From Deltaproteobacteria bacterium (GTDB lineage: Bacteria > Myxococcota_A > Polyangia > Polyangiales > Houyiibacteriaceae): a stretch of 64,000 nt of DNA. The translations under genes were made by a program, and so were the position numbers. Location of the stretch: positions 1 through 64,000 of the forward strand of contig JAXMNT010000041.1 in NCBI GenBank assembly GCA_034670305.1. The letters run 5' to 3'. Every line of letters starts with the position of its first letter. Within the stretch, counting starts at the first letter, position 1. A model generated the notes under the pieces. The model was not told where the DNA came from, made no database searches, and saw nothing but the letters and a program-made list of their open reading frames with translations. Shown here piece after piece: positions 36,864 to 46,352 of the stretch.

Positions 36864-38502
36864 GGATGCGCCGGGTCCCGGCGATCTGAGTTCCGATCTG
36901 CGGGGGACGCGGGTCGATCGCTACGTGCTCGAAGAGCAGGTCGCGGTCGGAGGCATGGGCGCCATCTACCGCGCCACGATGGAGAGCGAGGTCGGGGGCC
37001 GCACGGTCGCGATCAAGATCATCCATCCGCACCTCGCGCAGATTCCCGTCTTCCGCCGGATGTTCCTCGACGAGGTGCGCGTCGTCTCCAGCATCCAGCA
37101 TCAGAACGTGGGCGCCGTCATCGACTTCGGCATGTCGAACCACACGCCCTACCTCGTGATGGAGTGGCTGCATGGTCAGTCGTTCACCCGCTTGCTCACG
37201 CGTGGACACAGCGCCGGAGAGAGCTTCCCTGCCTGGCTCGCGATCCGGGTCGTGGTGGAGGCGGCCCGCGGGCTGCACGCCGCCCACGAGCTCAAGGGTT
37301 CGGACGGCGCGGAGCTGTCGATCGTGCACCGGGATGTGTCCCCGTCGAACATTCACGTGCTCTTCAGCGGCGCGGTGAAGGTGATCGACTTCGGCATCGC
37401 GCATGCGCAGGGCCGGCTCACCGAAGCGACCGCGCCCGGGCAGGTGCGCGGCAAGGTGGCCTACATGTCGCCGGAGCAGATTCAGGGCGCAGCGGTGGAC
37501 CGTCGCGCCGATGTGTGGTCGCTGGGGGTGGTGCTCTGGGAGTCGTTGACCGGGCGCCGGCTCTTCCGCGCGGACACCGAAGCCACGACGATGCTCCGCG
37601 TGCTCAGCCGCGAGGTGCCGCCGGTGCGGACCTTTCAGGCGGACATCGCCCCGGCGGTGGAGCTGGTCGTGGAAGAGGCGCTGCAGCGCGATCCCTCCAA
37701 ACGCCTCGGAAGCGCCCTCGAGATGGCGGACCGCCTCGAGAAACATCTGTACGCACTCGGTCAGCCAAGCGGCGCGTCGCAGATCGCCGAGTGGATGAAG
37801 GACCGTTTCGAACACGACGACACGTCGGGGTTCATGCCGGCCGACGACATCAGCACCTCGGGTCTGATGAGCACGCCGAAGCTTCCTCTCGCCGACACCC
37901 TCCCGCCGAAGCTCCCGTCGGTGCCGGCCGAAGCGGCGCCGAAACGTTCTCCGCTGCTCGTCATGATCGGTGTGGCGCTCGCGGTGCTGGTCGGCTTGGC
38001 CGCCGGGTTTCTACTCTGGTCGCGCGCGGATGCGCCTGCGCCGACGGTGGTCGCGGACCAGGTGGGTGGGACGACGGAGACCGGGCCGCCCGAATCGGCC
38101 ATGGCGGAAGCACACGGCACGCCGACACCCGCCGACGTCGCATCCATGGCACAAGAGGCCGTCGACCCGCCCGACGTCGATCCGACGATGGAGCCCGCGG
38201 AGTCGATGTCGATGGAGTCCGCGGAGACGATGTCGATGGAGTCCGCGGAGACGATGTCGATGGAGACGATGGAGACGATGGAGCGCCGGTCGGCTGCGCC
38301 CGGTCGGGTGAACATCGTGGCCGTGCCCTCCGCCGAGGTTCGGTTCCGCGGCCGTCGGCTCGGGACCACCCCGCTGGCGGGGGTGTCGCTCCCGGGTGGC
38401 CGGCAGCGGCTGACGTTCGTCTGGCCGGACGGCACCACCAAGCGGGTGCCGGTTCGAGTGCGGCCGGGCGGGCTGGTTCGAGTCGGACCGATCCGGCGCT
38501 GA
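36850..38502 (+). CDS. membrane Ser/Thr protein kinase with Met-rich linker and PEGA-like domain
   Basis: VAVGGMGAI, VHRDVSPSN, DFG, GKVAYMSPE; TM; MSMESAET repeats; LGTTPL; start uncertain (36802-36850). Confidence 0.92.
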   Translation: MAAAEDAPGPGDLSSDLRGTRVDRYVLEEQVAVGGMGAIYRATMESEVGGRTVAIKIIHPHLAQIPVFRRMFLDEVRVVSSIQHQNVGAVIDFGMSNHTPYLVMEWLHGQSFTRLLTRGHSAGESFPAWLAIRVVVEAARGLHAAHELKGSDGAELSIVHRDVSPSNIHVLFSGAVKVIDFGIAHAQGRLTEATAPGQVRGKVAYMSPEQIQGAAVDRRADVWSLGVVLWESLTGRRLFRADTEATTMLRVLSREVPPVRTFQADIAPAVELVVEEALQRDPSKRLGSALEMADRLEKHLYALGQPSGASQIAEWMKDRFEHDDTSGFMPADDISTSGLMSTPKLPLADTLPPKLPSVPAEAAPKRSPLLVMIGVALAVLVGLAAGFLLWSRADAPAPTVVADQVGGTTETGPPESAMAEAHGTPTPADVASMAQEAVDPPDVDPTMEPAESMSMESAETMSMESAETMSMETMETMERRSAAPGRVNIVAVPSAEVRFRGRRLGTTPLAGVSLPGGRQRLTFVWPDGTTKRVPVRVRPGGLVRVGPIRR

Positions 38503-38573
38503 CCGATCCGGCGCTGACCGATCCGGCGCGGACCGATCGGGCGCGGACCGATCGGGCGCTGACCGATTCGGGC
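38486..38573 (+). repeat. 15-bp tandem repeat GACCGATCSGGCGCK, five copies plus a partial sixth
   Basis: Directly visible; the first unit is the kinase 3' end. Confidence 0.9.
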
Positions 38574-38610
38574 AAGGGCCCGATGGCGCCGGACCGTGTA
38601 CCCTGCGCTC

Positions 38611-39852
38611 GTGGTGGCGCGGTCGTTGGCTTCGATTCTGGGCATGCTGGCGCTGGTCGCCTGCACTGCGGACTCCGACTACACGGTGGCGGTCGACTTC
38701 GAACCCGACGCCCTCGGAGAACGCGTCGAGCGGGTCGTGGTCGAGGTCATGGACCGCTGCCCAACCGATGGGATCGAAGGTTCGGTGCGGGCCCGAAGCA
38801 TCGTGACCCGCGCCGGCATGGGCACGATCCAGATCCCGCTCGACACCGGCACACAGGCCATCTCGGTGGTGGCCGTCGGTGCGGCGTGCGGGGTCATCGG
38901 ACACGGCTGCACCGAGCTGGACGTCCGTGCCGGCGAGAGCCAGCGGGTCGACGTGGTGGTCCGCGCGACCAGCCGCGGGGCGTGTTCGTTGTCGCGCTGC
39001 GGTTGTGAGGGCGGCGTGGACGCGGGCGTCGACGCGCCGAGCGTGGACGCGCCCAGCATGGACGCACCGGGCGAAGATGCGCCGGGTGAAGACGCGCCGG
39101 GTGAAGACGCACCCGCGGACGTCGGCCCCGACGTGCCGGCGTGTTCGGTGGACTACGGCGCTTTGATCCGCGGGCAGAGTCCGGTCGCGTACTACCGCTT
39201 CGACGACGCGGCGGGCAGCCCGACCGCGGTCGACGACATGGGCGTACACGACGGCACCTACCGTGGCACGGCGCCCGCCCCAGTGCTGGCCGGCGAAGGC
39301 GCGATCGCCGGGGACGAGTCGACCTCGGTGTACTTTGGCTACGGTTCGGACAACACGGCCGCGGCGCTGCGCCTGCCCGACACCCTTGACGCGACCATGA
39401 CGATGTCGCCGCTCTCGATCACTCAGTGGGTTCGGGTGCACGACGTGCACCCGCCGTCGTTCGGCAACACGTTGATCATCTCGGAGCGGTTCGACGTCTA
39501 CGGGTTCCGGTTCGGATACCGCGACGACGGCACGCTCTTGCTCTCCGCCAACAACAGCGGCGGCACCACCCGCCTCACCACCGACCCGGTGCTGCTCGAC
39601 GGAGAGTGGCACCACGTCGGCATGCGCCTGTTGCCGCCCACCCGCGCCGAGATCTACGTCGACGGGGTGCTCGCCAACTCGACCGACACGGCGGACTTCG
39701 TCCGGACCGGCGACGGCGACCTCGACACCGGCCTCGGGTACCTCCACGCCATCGTCTGCGACGCCGACATCGACGAACTGGCGATCTACGATCGGGCGCT
39801 CACCCCCGAAGAGATCCGCGCCCAGTTCGACCTCGGCCACACCTGCGACTGA
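38611..39852 (+). CDS. LamG / concanavalin-like domain lipoprotein
   Basis: Lipobox LVAC; DAPG linker; PVAYYRFDD, DGEWHHV, EIYVDG, IDELAIYDRALTPEEI. Confidence 0.85.
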   Translation: MVARSLASILGMLALVACTADSDYTVAVDFEPDALGERVERVVVEVMDRCPTDGIEGSVRARSIVTRAGMGTIQIPLDTGTQAISVVAVGAACGVIGHGCTELDVRAGESQRVDVVVRATSRGACSLSRCGCEGGVDAGVDAPSVDAPSMDAPGEDAPGEDAPGEDAPADVGPDVPACSVDYGALIRGQSPVAYYRFDDAAGSPTAVDDMGVHDGTYRGTAPAPVLAGEGAIAGDESTSVYFGYGSDNTAAALRLPDTLDATMTMSPLSITQWVRVHDVHPPSFGNTLIISERFDVYGFRFGYRDDGTLLLSANNSGGTTRLTTDPVLLDGEWHHVGMRLLPPTRAEIYVDGVLANSTDTADFVRTGDGDLDTGLGYLHAIVCDADIDELAIYDRALTPEEIRAQFDLGHTCD

Positions 39853-39872
39853 CGCACGCGCCAGCGTGCGTC

Positions 39873-39908
39873 CCCTTGCCCTTGCCCATGCCCTTGCCCT
39901 TGCCCTTG
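39873..39908. repeat. CCCTTG hexamer array
   Basis: cccttgcccttgcccatgcccttgcccttgcccttg. Confidence 0.85.
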
Positions 39909-40023
39909 CGGTTGGTCCGGGACTGCGCGTCGTTCGGAAGGACAGCACTGCGGTTCTGCCGCAGCGCCCATCCTTTACCGAGCCCTTACGTCGCGACTCG
40001 GATCGGCGCGCCATGCTGGGTTC

Positions 40024-40215
40024 ATGAAGAAGACCACGCTCTTGCTCGTCGCGCTCGCCACCCCGCTGCTCGGAACCACTGCGTTCGCGCAGACCAGCGA
40101 CACGCCTGCCGGCAACTCCAAGTACCCGAGCTACGACGAACCCACCGAGGGAGACGGCGACGAAGACCGCGATGCGGAAGACCGACCGGACGCGCCGGCG
40201 GACGACGCGGGATGA
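40024..40215 (+). CDS. small secreted acidic peptide
   Basis: Clear signal peptide ending AFA-Q; stop overlaps the next ATG (ATGA). Confidence 0.7.
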   Translation: MKKTTLLLVALATPLLGTTAFAQTSDTPAGNSKYPSYDEPTEGDGDEDRDAEDRPDAPADDAG

Positions 40216-40988
40216 ACTTCGAACTCTCGTGGCGCGGCGGTCAGAGCGCGCGCCGGTTCCGCCGAGCGCGGCCCATGCCCGAGTTCGACTGGGACACGTT
40301 GTCTCCCGCGCCCTACGACCCGTTGCTCGTCGAGCGGGCTCGGGCGAGTTGGACCTACGGCGCGTACCTCGAACACGCCACCGCGCTGCAGTTCGCGGCG
40401 ATGACCGAGACGCTGCTCGAGCTGCGGGCGCCGCTCGATCTGGTGGGCGTGACCGCCGGGTTCGTGTCGGACGAGCTGCTGCACGCCGAGCTCAACGCAC
40501 GCATCGCGATGTGTCTTGGCGGCGGAGCGCCGCTCGAGGTCGAGACCCGGCTGCCGGAACTGCCCGGGTCCGCGCGCATGCGGCTGGCGGCGCTCGCGGT
40601 GCACACCTGCCTGGTCGGCGAAGCGTTCAGTGTGCCCTTGCTCGCGGCCACCGCGGCCGGCAGCGCGCATCCGCTGGTGCACGCGGTGCTCACCCGCATC
40701 GTGCGCGACGAAGCGCCACACGCGCGGGTCGGCGAGTGGATCCTCGACTGGCTCGAACCGTTCACCGACGCCGAGAAGCAGGTGCTCGGCGCCACCGCGG
40801 CGCGCGCGCTCTCCGATGCGCTGCGTGGTCTCGACCGCTTGCCCCCGGACCCGACGGGGCCACGTGCGCAAGCCGTCTCGGAACTCGGCTGGTTGCCCGC
40901 CACGAGCTGGCGGGAGGTCGCGCTGCGGTGCGTGGAAGGGCGGATCCGACCGGCGCTCGCGCGGCGCGGGTTTTCTCTGGACGCGTGA
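40212..40988 (+). CDS. ferritin-like (di-iron) domain protein
   Basis: LEH, DELLHAE, GEAFS, RDEAPHAR: E/EXXH di-iron pattern. Confidence 0.75.
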   Translation: MNFELSWRGGQSARRFRRARPMPEFDWDTLSPAPYDPLLVERARASWTYGAYLEHATALQFAAMTETLLELRAPLDLVGVTAGFVSDELLHAELNARIAMCLGGGAPLEVETRLPELPGSARMRLAALAVHTCLVGEAFSVPLLAATAAGSAHPLVHAVLTRIVRDEAPHARVGEWILDWLEPFTDAEKQVLGATAARALSDALRGLDRLPPDPTGPRAQAVSELGWLPATSWREVALRCVEGRIRPALARRGFSLDA

Positions 40989-41202
40989 ACCGAAGCCGAC
41001 GCCGAAGCCGATGCCGAATCCGATGCCGACCCTGAAGGAGTGCGGTTCCCGTGCCCGTGCCCGTGCCCGTGCCCGATCACTCCGAAGCCGAAGCCGAAGC
41101 CGAAATCCGACCCCGAAACCGAAGCCGAATCCGACGCCGAAGCCGAAGCCGATGCCGCGTCGAGCAACGGGCAAGGGCAGGGGCAAGGGCAAGGGCAAGG
41201 GG
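40989..41202. repeat. composite hexamer array; CCCGTG and GGGCAA blocks flank a CCGAAG block in inverted orientation
   Basis: Directly visible. Confidence 0.88.
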
Positions 41203-41298
41203 GCTTGCCTGTGGGCAAGCCGCCGGCACGTGTCCTGCAGAGATCCCCGCAGACACCGCGCCGTGACCCACTACGGCACACCCCTACAGGTTCTCCCC

Positions 41299-42135
41299 AT
41301 GCTTCGCACCGTCCGCTCCTTCGCCCTCCTCGTCTCCCTCCTCGTCTCGTTCGGATGTGGATCCGACGTGCAGCCAGCCGATCCCAGCCTCGTGCAATCC
41401 GAGCGTTCGCTCGTCGATGTCGGCTACATGACCGGCGTCACGGTGGACGAACACGGACAGCTCTTCGTGCTCACCCGCGATGGGGTGCTCATGGAAGAAG
41501 TGGACGGCGCGTGGACCATCCGCTTCCGCGCCCGCACCGGGGCCACGTTTGAAGACGTCGTCTCGCTCGGCGAGGGCCGCTTCGCGCTGACCACCATCGA
41601 CATGGGATTCGAACTCGACGTGGCCACCGGAGAGTTGACCCAGCACTTCTGCTACCTGCCCGACGACGACATCCGGGAAGAGGATCCGCCCCAGACGCCG
41701 ATCCCGACCAGCGAGCTCGCCCGCGCGGTGACGTTCGACCACGAGACCGGACTGCTCTACGCGCAGCCGCAGACGGTCCAGCAGACCGACGGCCTCGGCA
41801 CCTTCTCCGAGGTCGCGTCGTTCGACCGCGTGACCGGCACCGAACTCGAGTTCCGCAACCTCGGCGACGCGTCCTTCAGCGCCGGCGGCATGGTCGTGCT
41901 CGGCCGCGGTGAGGCGGGCACGACTCTGCTCGCGGCCGACGGCAGCATGCTGCACACGATCGTCTTCGAGACCGGTGCCAAACGTGCGGTGCTCGACCTG
42001 AGCTCCCTCGGCATCGAGGATGTGGCCGGCATGGCCATCGATTCCGGCCGCGGCGTGCTGCACGTGCTCGACCAGCGCGGCACCCGCCCGATGCACATCG
42101 CACTCGACCTGGCGCTTCTCCGCGCCGAACTCTGA
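41299..42135 (+). CDS. lipoprotein, probable beta-propeller
   Basis: Lipobox VSFGC; repeated beta-strand blades GVTVDEHG, AVTFDHETG, GMAIDSGRG. Confidence 0.72.
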   Translation: MLRTVRSFALLVSLLVSFGCGSDVQPADPSLVQSERSLVDVGYMTGVTVDEHGQLFVLTRDGVLMEEVDGAWTIRFRARTGATFEDVVSLGEGRFALTTIDMGFELDVATGELTQHFCYLPDDDIREEDPPQTPIPTSELARAVTFDHETGLLYAQPQTVQQTDGLGTFSEVASFDRVTGTELEFRNLGDASFSAGGMVVLGRGEAGTTLLAADGSMLHTIVFETGAKRAVLDLSSLGIEDVAGMAIDSGRGVLHVLDQRGTRPMHIALDLALLRAEL

Positions 42136-42201
42136 TCGACGCTCGGGTGCTCCGCGCACCACGAACGTGAGGAATGCCGGCACCTGACGCATACTGCGTA
42201 G

Positions 42202-43011
42202 GTGCCGGTTCTGTTTCTAGTGGGGGCGCCGCCTCCAAACCCCCTCCCCGAGGCGCGCTTCCGTTTGCCGGGCTCCGCTTCGCTGCGTGGGTTTCGAGTG
42301 CTCCTCTCGGGCGTGTTGTTGGTCTGCGTGGCTTGTGGGGGCGAGGGTGGACCCACCACCGAACCCCGCGGCATCGGCGAGCCCCGCGCGCCTCACGCGG
42401 CGACGTCGCCTCGGCCGGAGCCGCGACGGCCTGTCTTTCAGCCGCCGCTGCAGCGCCACACGAACCCACCGATTCGGGTCACCGAGCGGGTGGAGATCCC
42501 AGCGCCTCCCACCCCGGCGCCCCCCCGCGATCTCTCCGCCGAACTGCGCGGACTCGTGGGCGGGCCGTCGGGTTGTGGCGACCTCGGCGATCAGGAAGAG
42601 GTGCGGTTGCGCGCGTCCGCGGTGGTCACCCAAACCGGCATCGTCACCCGCGCGCGCGTGTCCGGGGTGCCGAGCGCGGCCGCCGATTGTTTCCGTCGGC
42701 GCATCGAGGCGGGACGCTTTCGGGGGCCGGTCGAGCAGCGCACCGTGACCGCCGAGTTGGTGTTCCGGGGCACCCGCACGATCACCGACCGCACCGAAGA
42801 CGTCTCCGCTGGGCCGACCGCGGGCACCGGTTTCGAACTACAGCGCGGACAGAGCTACGCTGGCACCGGCATGGCGTACGAAGGTTCGTACGCGGGTGCT
42901 CGGCCGATTGAGGCGGCGCCTTCGATGGCGATTCAGCCGGCGGCCGGCACCGAGATCCAGCCGTCGTCGAGCCGGATGATCGACGGGCCCTCGGGCACCA
43001 GCATTCGCTGA
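42202..43011 (+). CDS. lipoprotein with TonB-C-like domain
   Basis: Lipobox CVAC; Pro-rich linker; VTQTGIVTRARV...AADCFRRRI; alternative start GTG 42298. Confidence 0.6.
   Translation: MPVLFLVGAPPPNPLPEARFRLPGSASLRGFRVLLSGVLLVCVACGGEGGPTTEPRGIGEPRAPHAATSPRPEPRRPVFQPPLQRHTNPPIRVTERVEIPAPPTPAPPRDLSAELRGLVGGPSGCGDLGDQEEVRLRASAVVTQTGIVTRARVSGVPSAAADCFRRRIEAGRFRGPVEQRTVTAELVFRGTRTITDRTEDVSAGPTAGTGFELQRGQSYAGTGMAYEGSYAGARPIEAAPSMAIQPAAGTEIQPSSSRMIDGPSGTSIR
42221..42290 (+). repeat. dispersed repeat, family B, divergent copy
   Basis: TGGGGGCGCCGCCTCCAAACCCCC...CTCCGCTTCGCT resembles both ends of 18192-18256. Confidence 0.5.
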
Positions 43012-43071
43012 GCGCGACGTCGGCGCATGCGCCCGCGTGCGCGGCCTGCGGCTGCGTGGCACACCGGCGTC

Positions 43072-43659
43072 ATGCGTTTGGCAGTCGTGGGTCTCGGAGT
43101 GATCGTGGTCGCGGTCGCGGTGTACATCTTCCTGGACACGCCCGATCCGCCGCCGGCGGTGAGCGACGCGGGGGTGGCGGAGTCGATCACCGAGGAACCG
43201 GATGCTGGTACGGCGGTCGCAGATCTAGGCGACCCGGTGCCTGCCGGGGAGCTCGAAGAGATCCATGCGCTCATGGAAGAGCTCGCTGGCGAGATCGGCG
43301 ACCCGAGCGTCGGGGCAGAGACCGAGGAAGTGGCGCAAGCGGCCGAGCCCGAAGTCGCGCCACCCGAAGACGAACCGCCCCAGCCCGTCGACGACAGGGA
43401 CGACCCGCACGCGACCGAGAACGTCGGACCGACGACCTCCGAAGAACAGATCCGCCGCAGCATCGTGCGCTGGACCCGCTCGCTCGAGATGGTCGACCGG
43501 TTGCTCGCGTCCCTCGACGAACGCCTCCCGACCGTCACCGATCCCGCCGCGATCGAGCGCATGCAAACCCAGCGTGCCCGCCTCGTGACCCGTCAGACCG
43601 CCATCGCGACGGGCCTCGAGGATCTGCGCAGCCGAGCCGAACCCACCAGCCCGCAGTAG
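43072..43659 (+). CDS. membrane-anchored acidic / coiled-coil hypothetical protein
   Basis: N-terminal TM, acidic linker, C-terminal helical segment. Confidence 0.7.
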   Translation: MRLAVVGLGVIVVAVAVYIFLDTPDPPPAVSDAGVAESITEEPDAGTAVADLGDPVPAGELEEIHALMEELAGEIGDPSVGAETEEVAQAAEPEVAPPEDEPPQPVDDRDDPHATENVGPTTSEEQIRRSIVRWTRSLEMVDRLLASLDERLPTVTDPAAIERMQTQRARLVTRQTAIATGLEDLRSRAEPTSPQ

Positions 43660-43690
43660 CGACGGCGCCTCGGTTGACCCGTGACTGGGG

Positions 43691-44518
43691 CTAGCGGTAC
43701 GTGAAGCGGAGCTGGTAGTCGCAGATCTGGACGAGGTCGCCCTCTTCGATCCGCTTGCTGTCGATGCGACGGCCCTGGTACTCGATGCCGTTCGTGCTGC
43801 CGAGGTCCTTGATGTAGAACGCGCCGCCCTGGAAGACGACGGCGGCATGACGACGGCTGATGTTGCCGTCCTTGATCGGGAGGTCGGCGGTCTTGCTGCC
43901 GCGACCGATGACGAACTCGTCTTTGGCGACGGGGATCTTCTGGCCGTTGAAGATCACGAAGAGCGAGGGGCGTCCGCCGCCGTAGGCGGCTTGGGGTGCG
44001 CCGGGAAGCGGCGGGGGTGCGCTCGGCCGCGCGGGCGGAGGCGGGTAGCTCGAGGGTCCGGGGGCCGGGTAAGGTGCGCCGCCGTACTGGGGCGCTTGAG
44101 GCGGTGCGCTGTAGGGCGGAGCGGCTCCGCCGTAGCCACCGTAGCCGGGTGGACCCGCGGAGGGCGGCGGCGGAGGCGCGGACGGGATCGCCGGTTTCGA
44201 AGGTCGACCGAGCGATGGAATGCCAGGGCCCGAGGGCGGCGGCGCCATGCCAGCGGGGGGACCCGCTTGGGGCATGCCGACGCGGGGTGCGGGCGCAGCC
44301 TGTGGTGGCGCCGCCGATGGCGGAACCGCGCGGGGCATCCCGGGTTGAGAGGTGCCGCGCACGCCGTAGTTCCGGGAGCGCGCGTACTGGCGCATCGCCT
44401 CGTTGATGAGGTAGTCCACCGAACATTCGAGCTCGCCGCTCATCTGTCCGAAGATCTCCCAGAGGTAGTCGCGACACTGAAAACTTCGGAGCGTCTTTTT
44501 GGTCTGATCGTGGGTCAC
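43691..44518 (-). CDS. FHA-domain protein with N-terminal ribbon-helix-helix-like domain and Pro-rich linker
   Basis: FHA motifs IGRG, NISRRHA, DLGSTNG; N-terminal LRSFQCRDYLW..SVDYLINEAMRQY; GGAG before GTG. Confidence 0.88.
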   Translation of the reverse strand: MTHDQTKKTLRSFQCRDYLWEIFGQMSGELECSVDYLINEAMRQYARSRNYGVRGTSQPGMPRAVPPSAAPPQAAPAPRVGMPQAGPPAGMAPPPSGPGIPSLGRPSKPAIPSAPPPPPSAGPPGYGGYGGAAPPYSAPPQAPQYGGAPYPAPGPSSYPPPPARPSAPPPLPGAPQAAYGGGRPSLFVIFNGQKIPVAKDEFVIGRGSKTADLPIKDGNISRRHAAVVFQGGAFYIKDLGSTNGIEYQGRRIDSKRIEEGDLVQICDYQLRFTYR

Positions 44519-44528
44519 CGCTCCACCT

Positions 44529-46133
44529 TCACTCCTCGGCGGGCGCGTCGCCACCTTCGGGGGATTCATCCATGGCCGTCGCACCTGCATCCGCAGGACC
44601 GGCCAGCCGTTCCCGGAGGGCGGCGATCGTGTGTTCCGCGACCTTGCCCACCGTCTGCATCTCACGCAGCTCCCATCGTTTGCCGACGGTCGCGGCGCGG
44701 TCGCTGACGAGCCGCTGCATCGCGGGGATGTCCTCGGCGGTTCCGCGTCGCTCCAAGAAACGAAGCGCGGCCACGCGGGCGTACCAGTTGGGCGAGCGGA
44801 GCTGGCGGACCATGATGTCGCGCGGGAGCGGCGTCATCTGGCTCATCTGCGTCGCGTAGCCTTCCAGCTCGTCCGGTTCGTATTCGACGGCGTTGTCGGA
44901 AGGCAGGCGGGTCAACAGTTCGGCGACGATCTCGGAGCCACCGATCGCGAGCACGAGCTCACCGGCGCGCCACCGAAGGCGCTTCGGCAAGTCTTCGTTC
45001 TCGGACGTGGACACGAGCGGCCAGAGGCGCGGGATCGACGCCCGGCTTCGAATGTCACCCACCCGGTCGAACGCGTAGTCGCGCACGTTGATGGGGTTGT
45101 CTTCGTCGAGCGCCAGGTCGAGCAGCTGCGTGAGTTGCGCTTCGGACGCGTTGCCTTCCATCGCCTGAAGCGCCTTCTGGCGGCGTTCGTTCAGCGCGAC
45201 GACCATCGGCTGGGCGGTGCCTTCGGGCGGCACGGTCGAGGCGATCTCGAGCAGTCGGTTGCGCACGGCGTCCACGCCGGCCAGATGTTTCATCGACGGC
45301 AGCGCGCCGTCGTTGATGAAGTTCTCGCGGTTGAGCAGCGCGATGCCGCGCACGCGGTCGGCCGGCGCTTCGCGGCCCTGCTCCGTCAACGAGTCGGTGA
45401 TCTTGCTGGCAAGCCAGTTGATGAAGTCGTCGCTCTCCATCTCGCGTTCGATCTCGACCAGGCGTTCGCCCGCCCGCTGCTTCGTGGCGGCGTCGCCGAT
45501 CTGTCCGATGAGCTGCGCGATCTTCACCATCGCGCGCTGCGGCTGATGGCTGTTCAACGCGTCCACCAAGAGTCCCGCCGCGGGTGCACCGAGCGAACGC
45601 ACGACCTGCTCCGCGCTGTAGTCGCCGGAGAGCGATCGGTCCGCGAAGTCCACCGCGTACCATCCGATCACGGCGCTCATGAGTTGCTGCTTCGACGCGG
45701 GGCTGGCGTACGCAATCAAGATGTACGCTGCGTCCTTCGCGCGCTGCTGAGACAAGGGCGGACCACCCTCCTCGGTGCCCGGCGCGCTCTCGCCGCCGCG
45801 CATCATCGCTTGCAGACCCGGCACCATGCCGTCGACCACCTGCTGGGTGACCTCCGGGTTGGTGCTCTGCAACGCCTGCAATGCGCGTTGGAGTTCGCCG
45901 ACGCCACTGACGTCGTTGCGCTCCATCTCGATGAGCGCGAGCGCCGCTTGGGTTCGGAGCTCGAGCGGGTAGCGCTCAGATGAGAGCACCGCCACGATCT
46001 TTCCGGGGCCCTTGACGGTCCCCTTCCAGTACTCGATGTCGTCTGACGTCACCTTACAGCCAGACAGCAAGGTGAACGCCAACATGGCGAGGAGGAGGGC
46101 CGGTACGCCCCCTCGGGCAGCAGGAAGTCGCAT
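44529..46133 (-). CDS. HEAT/ARM-repeat lipoprotein
   Basis: Lipobox LLSGC; helical repeats (LRTQAALAL, VRDYAFDRV, ARVAALRFL). Confidence 0.78.
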   Translation of the reverse strand: MRLPAARGGVPALLLAMLAFTLLSGCKVTSDDIEYWKGTVKGPGKIVAVLSSERYPLELRTQAALALIEMERNDVSGVGELQRALQALQSTNPEVTQQVVDGMVPGLQAMMRGGESAPGTEEGGPPLSQQRAKDAAYILIAYASPASKQQLMSAVIGWYAVDFADRSLSGDYSAEQVVRSLGAPAAGLLVDALNSHQPQRAMVKIAQLIGQIGDAATKQRAGERLVEIEREMESDDFINWLASKITDSLTEQGREAPADRVRGIALLNRENFINDGALPSMKHLAGVDAVRNRLLEIASTVPPEGTAQPMVVALNERRQKALQAMEGNASEAQLTQLLDLALDEDNPINVRDYAFDRVGDIRSRASIPRLWPLVSTSENEDLPKRLRWRAGELVLAIGGSEIVAELLTRLPSDNAVEYEPDELEGYATQMSQMTPLPRDIMVRQLRSPNWYARVAALRFLERRGTAEDIPAMQRLVSDRAATVGKRWELREMQTVGKVAEHTIAALRERLAGPADAGATAMDESPEGGDAPAEE

Positions 46134-46302
46134 GTGTTCTTTCGCCTGGCCCGCGTGGGCCCGCTTGAAGGTCGGCATGATAGACGGAACCACACCCGTT
46201 CTGTAAAGCCCCGTAACCGTTGATGTCCCGATCTCTTCTCTCCGGGGTCGATCGCCGGGAAAAGGCGATGGTGGAACGCAGCGGGTCCGGCGTGTCGTTT
46301 TG

Positions 46303-46330
46303 TTGACGCCTGGCCCCCGATCCGTAGCCT
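46303..46330 (+). promoter_or_regulatory. sigma70-like promoter for ftsK
   Basis: TTGACG-16 nt-TAGCCT, followed by GGGAGG and TTG 46353. Confidence 0.5.
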
Positions 46331-46352
46331 GCAAAGGAGGAGTGTCTCCTAC

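Noticed and set aside
38486-38573. 15-bp repeats as a CRISPR array
   Set aside because: Units are contiguous with no unique spacers and are too short; no cas genes are in the window.
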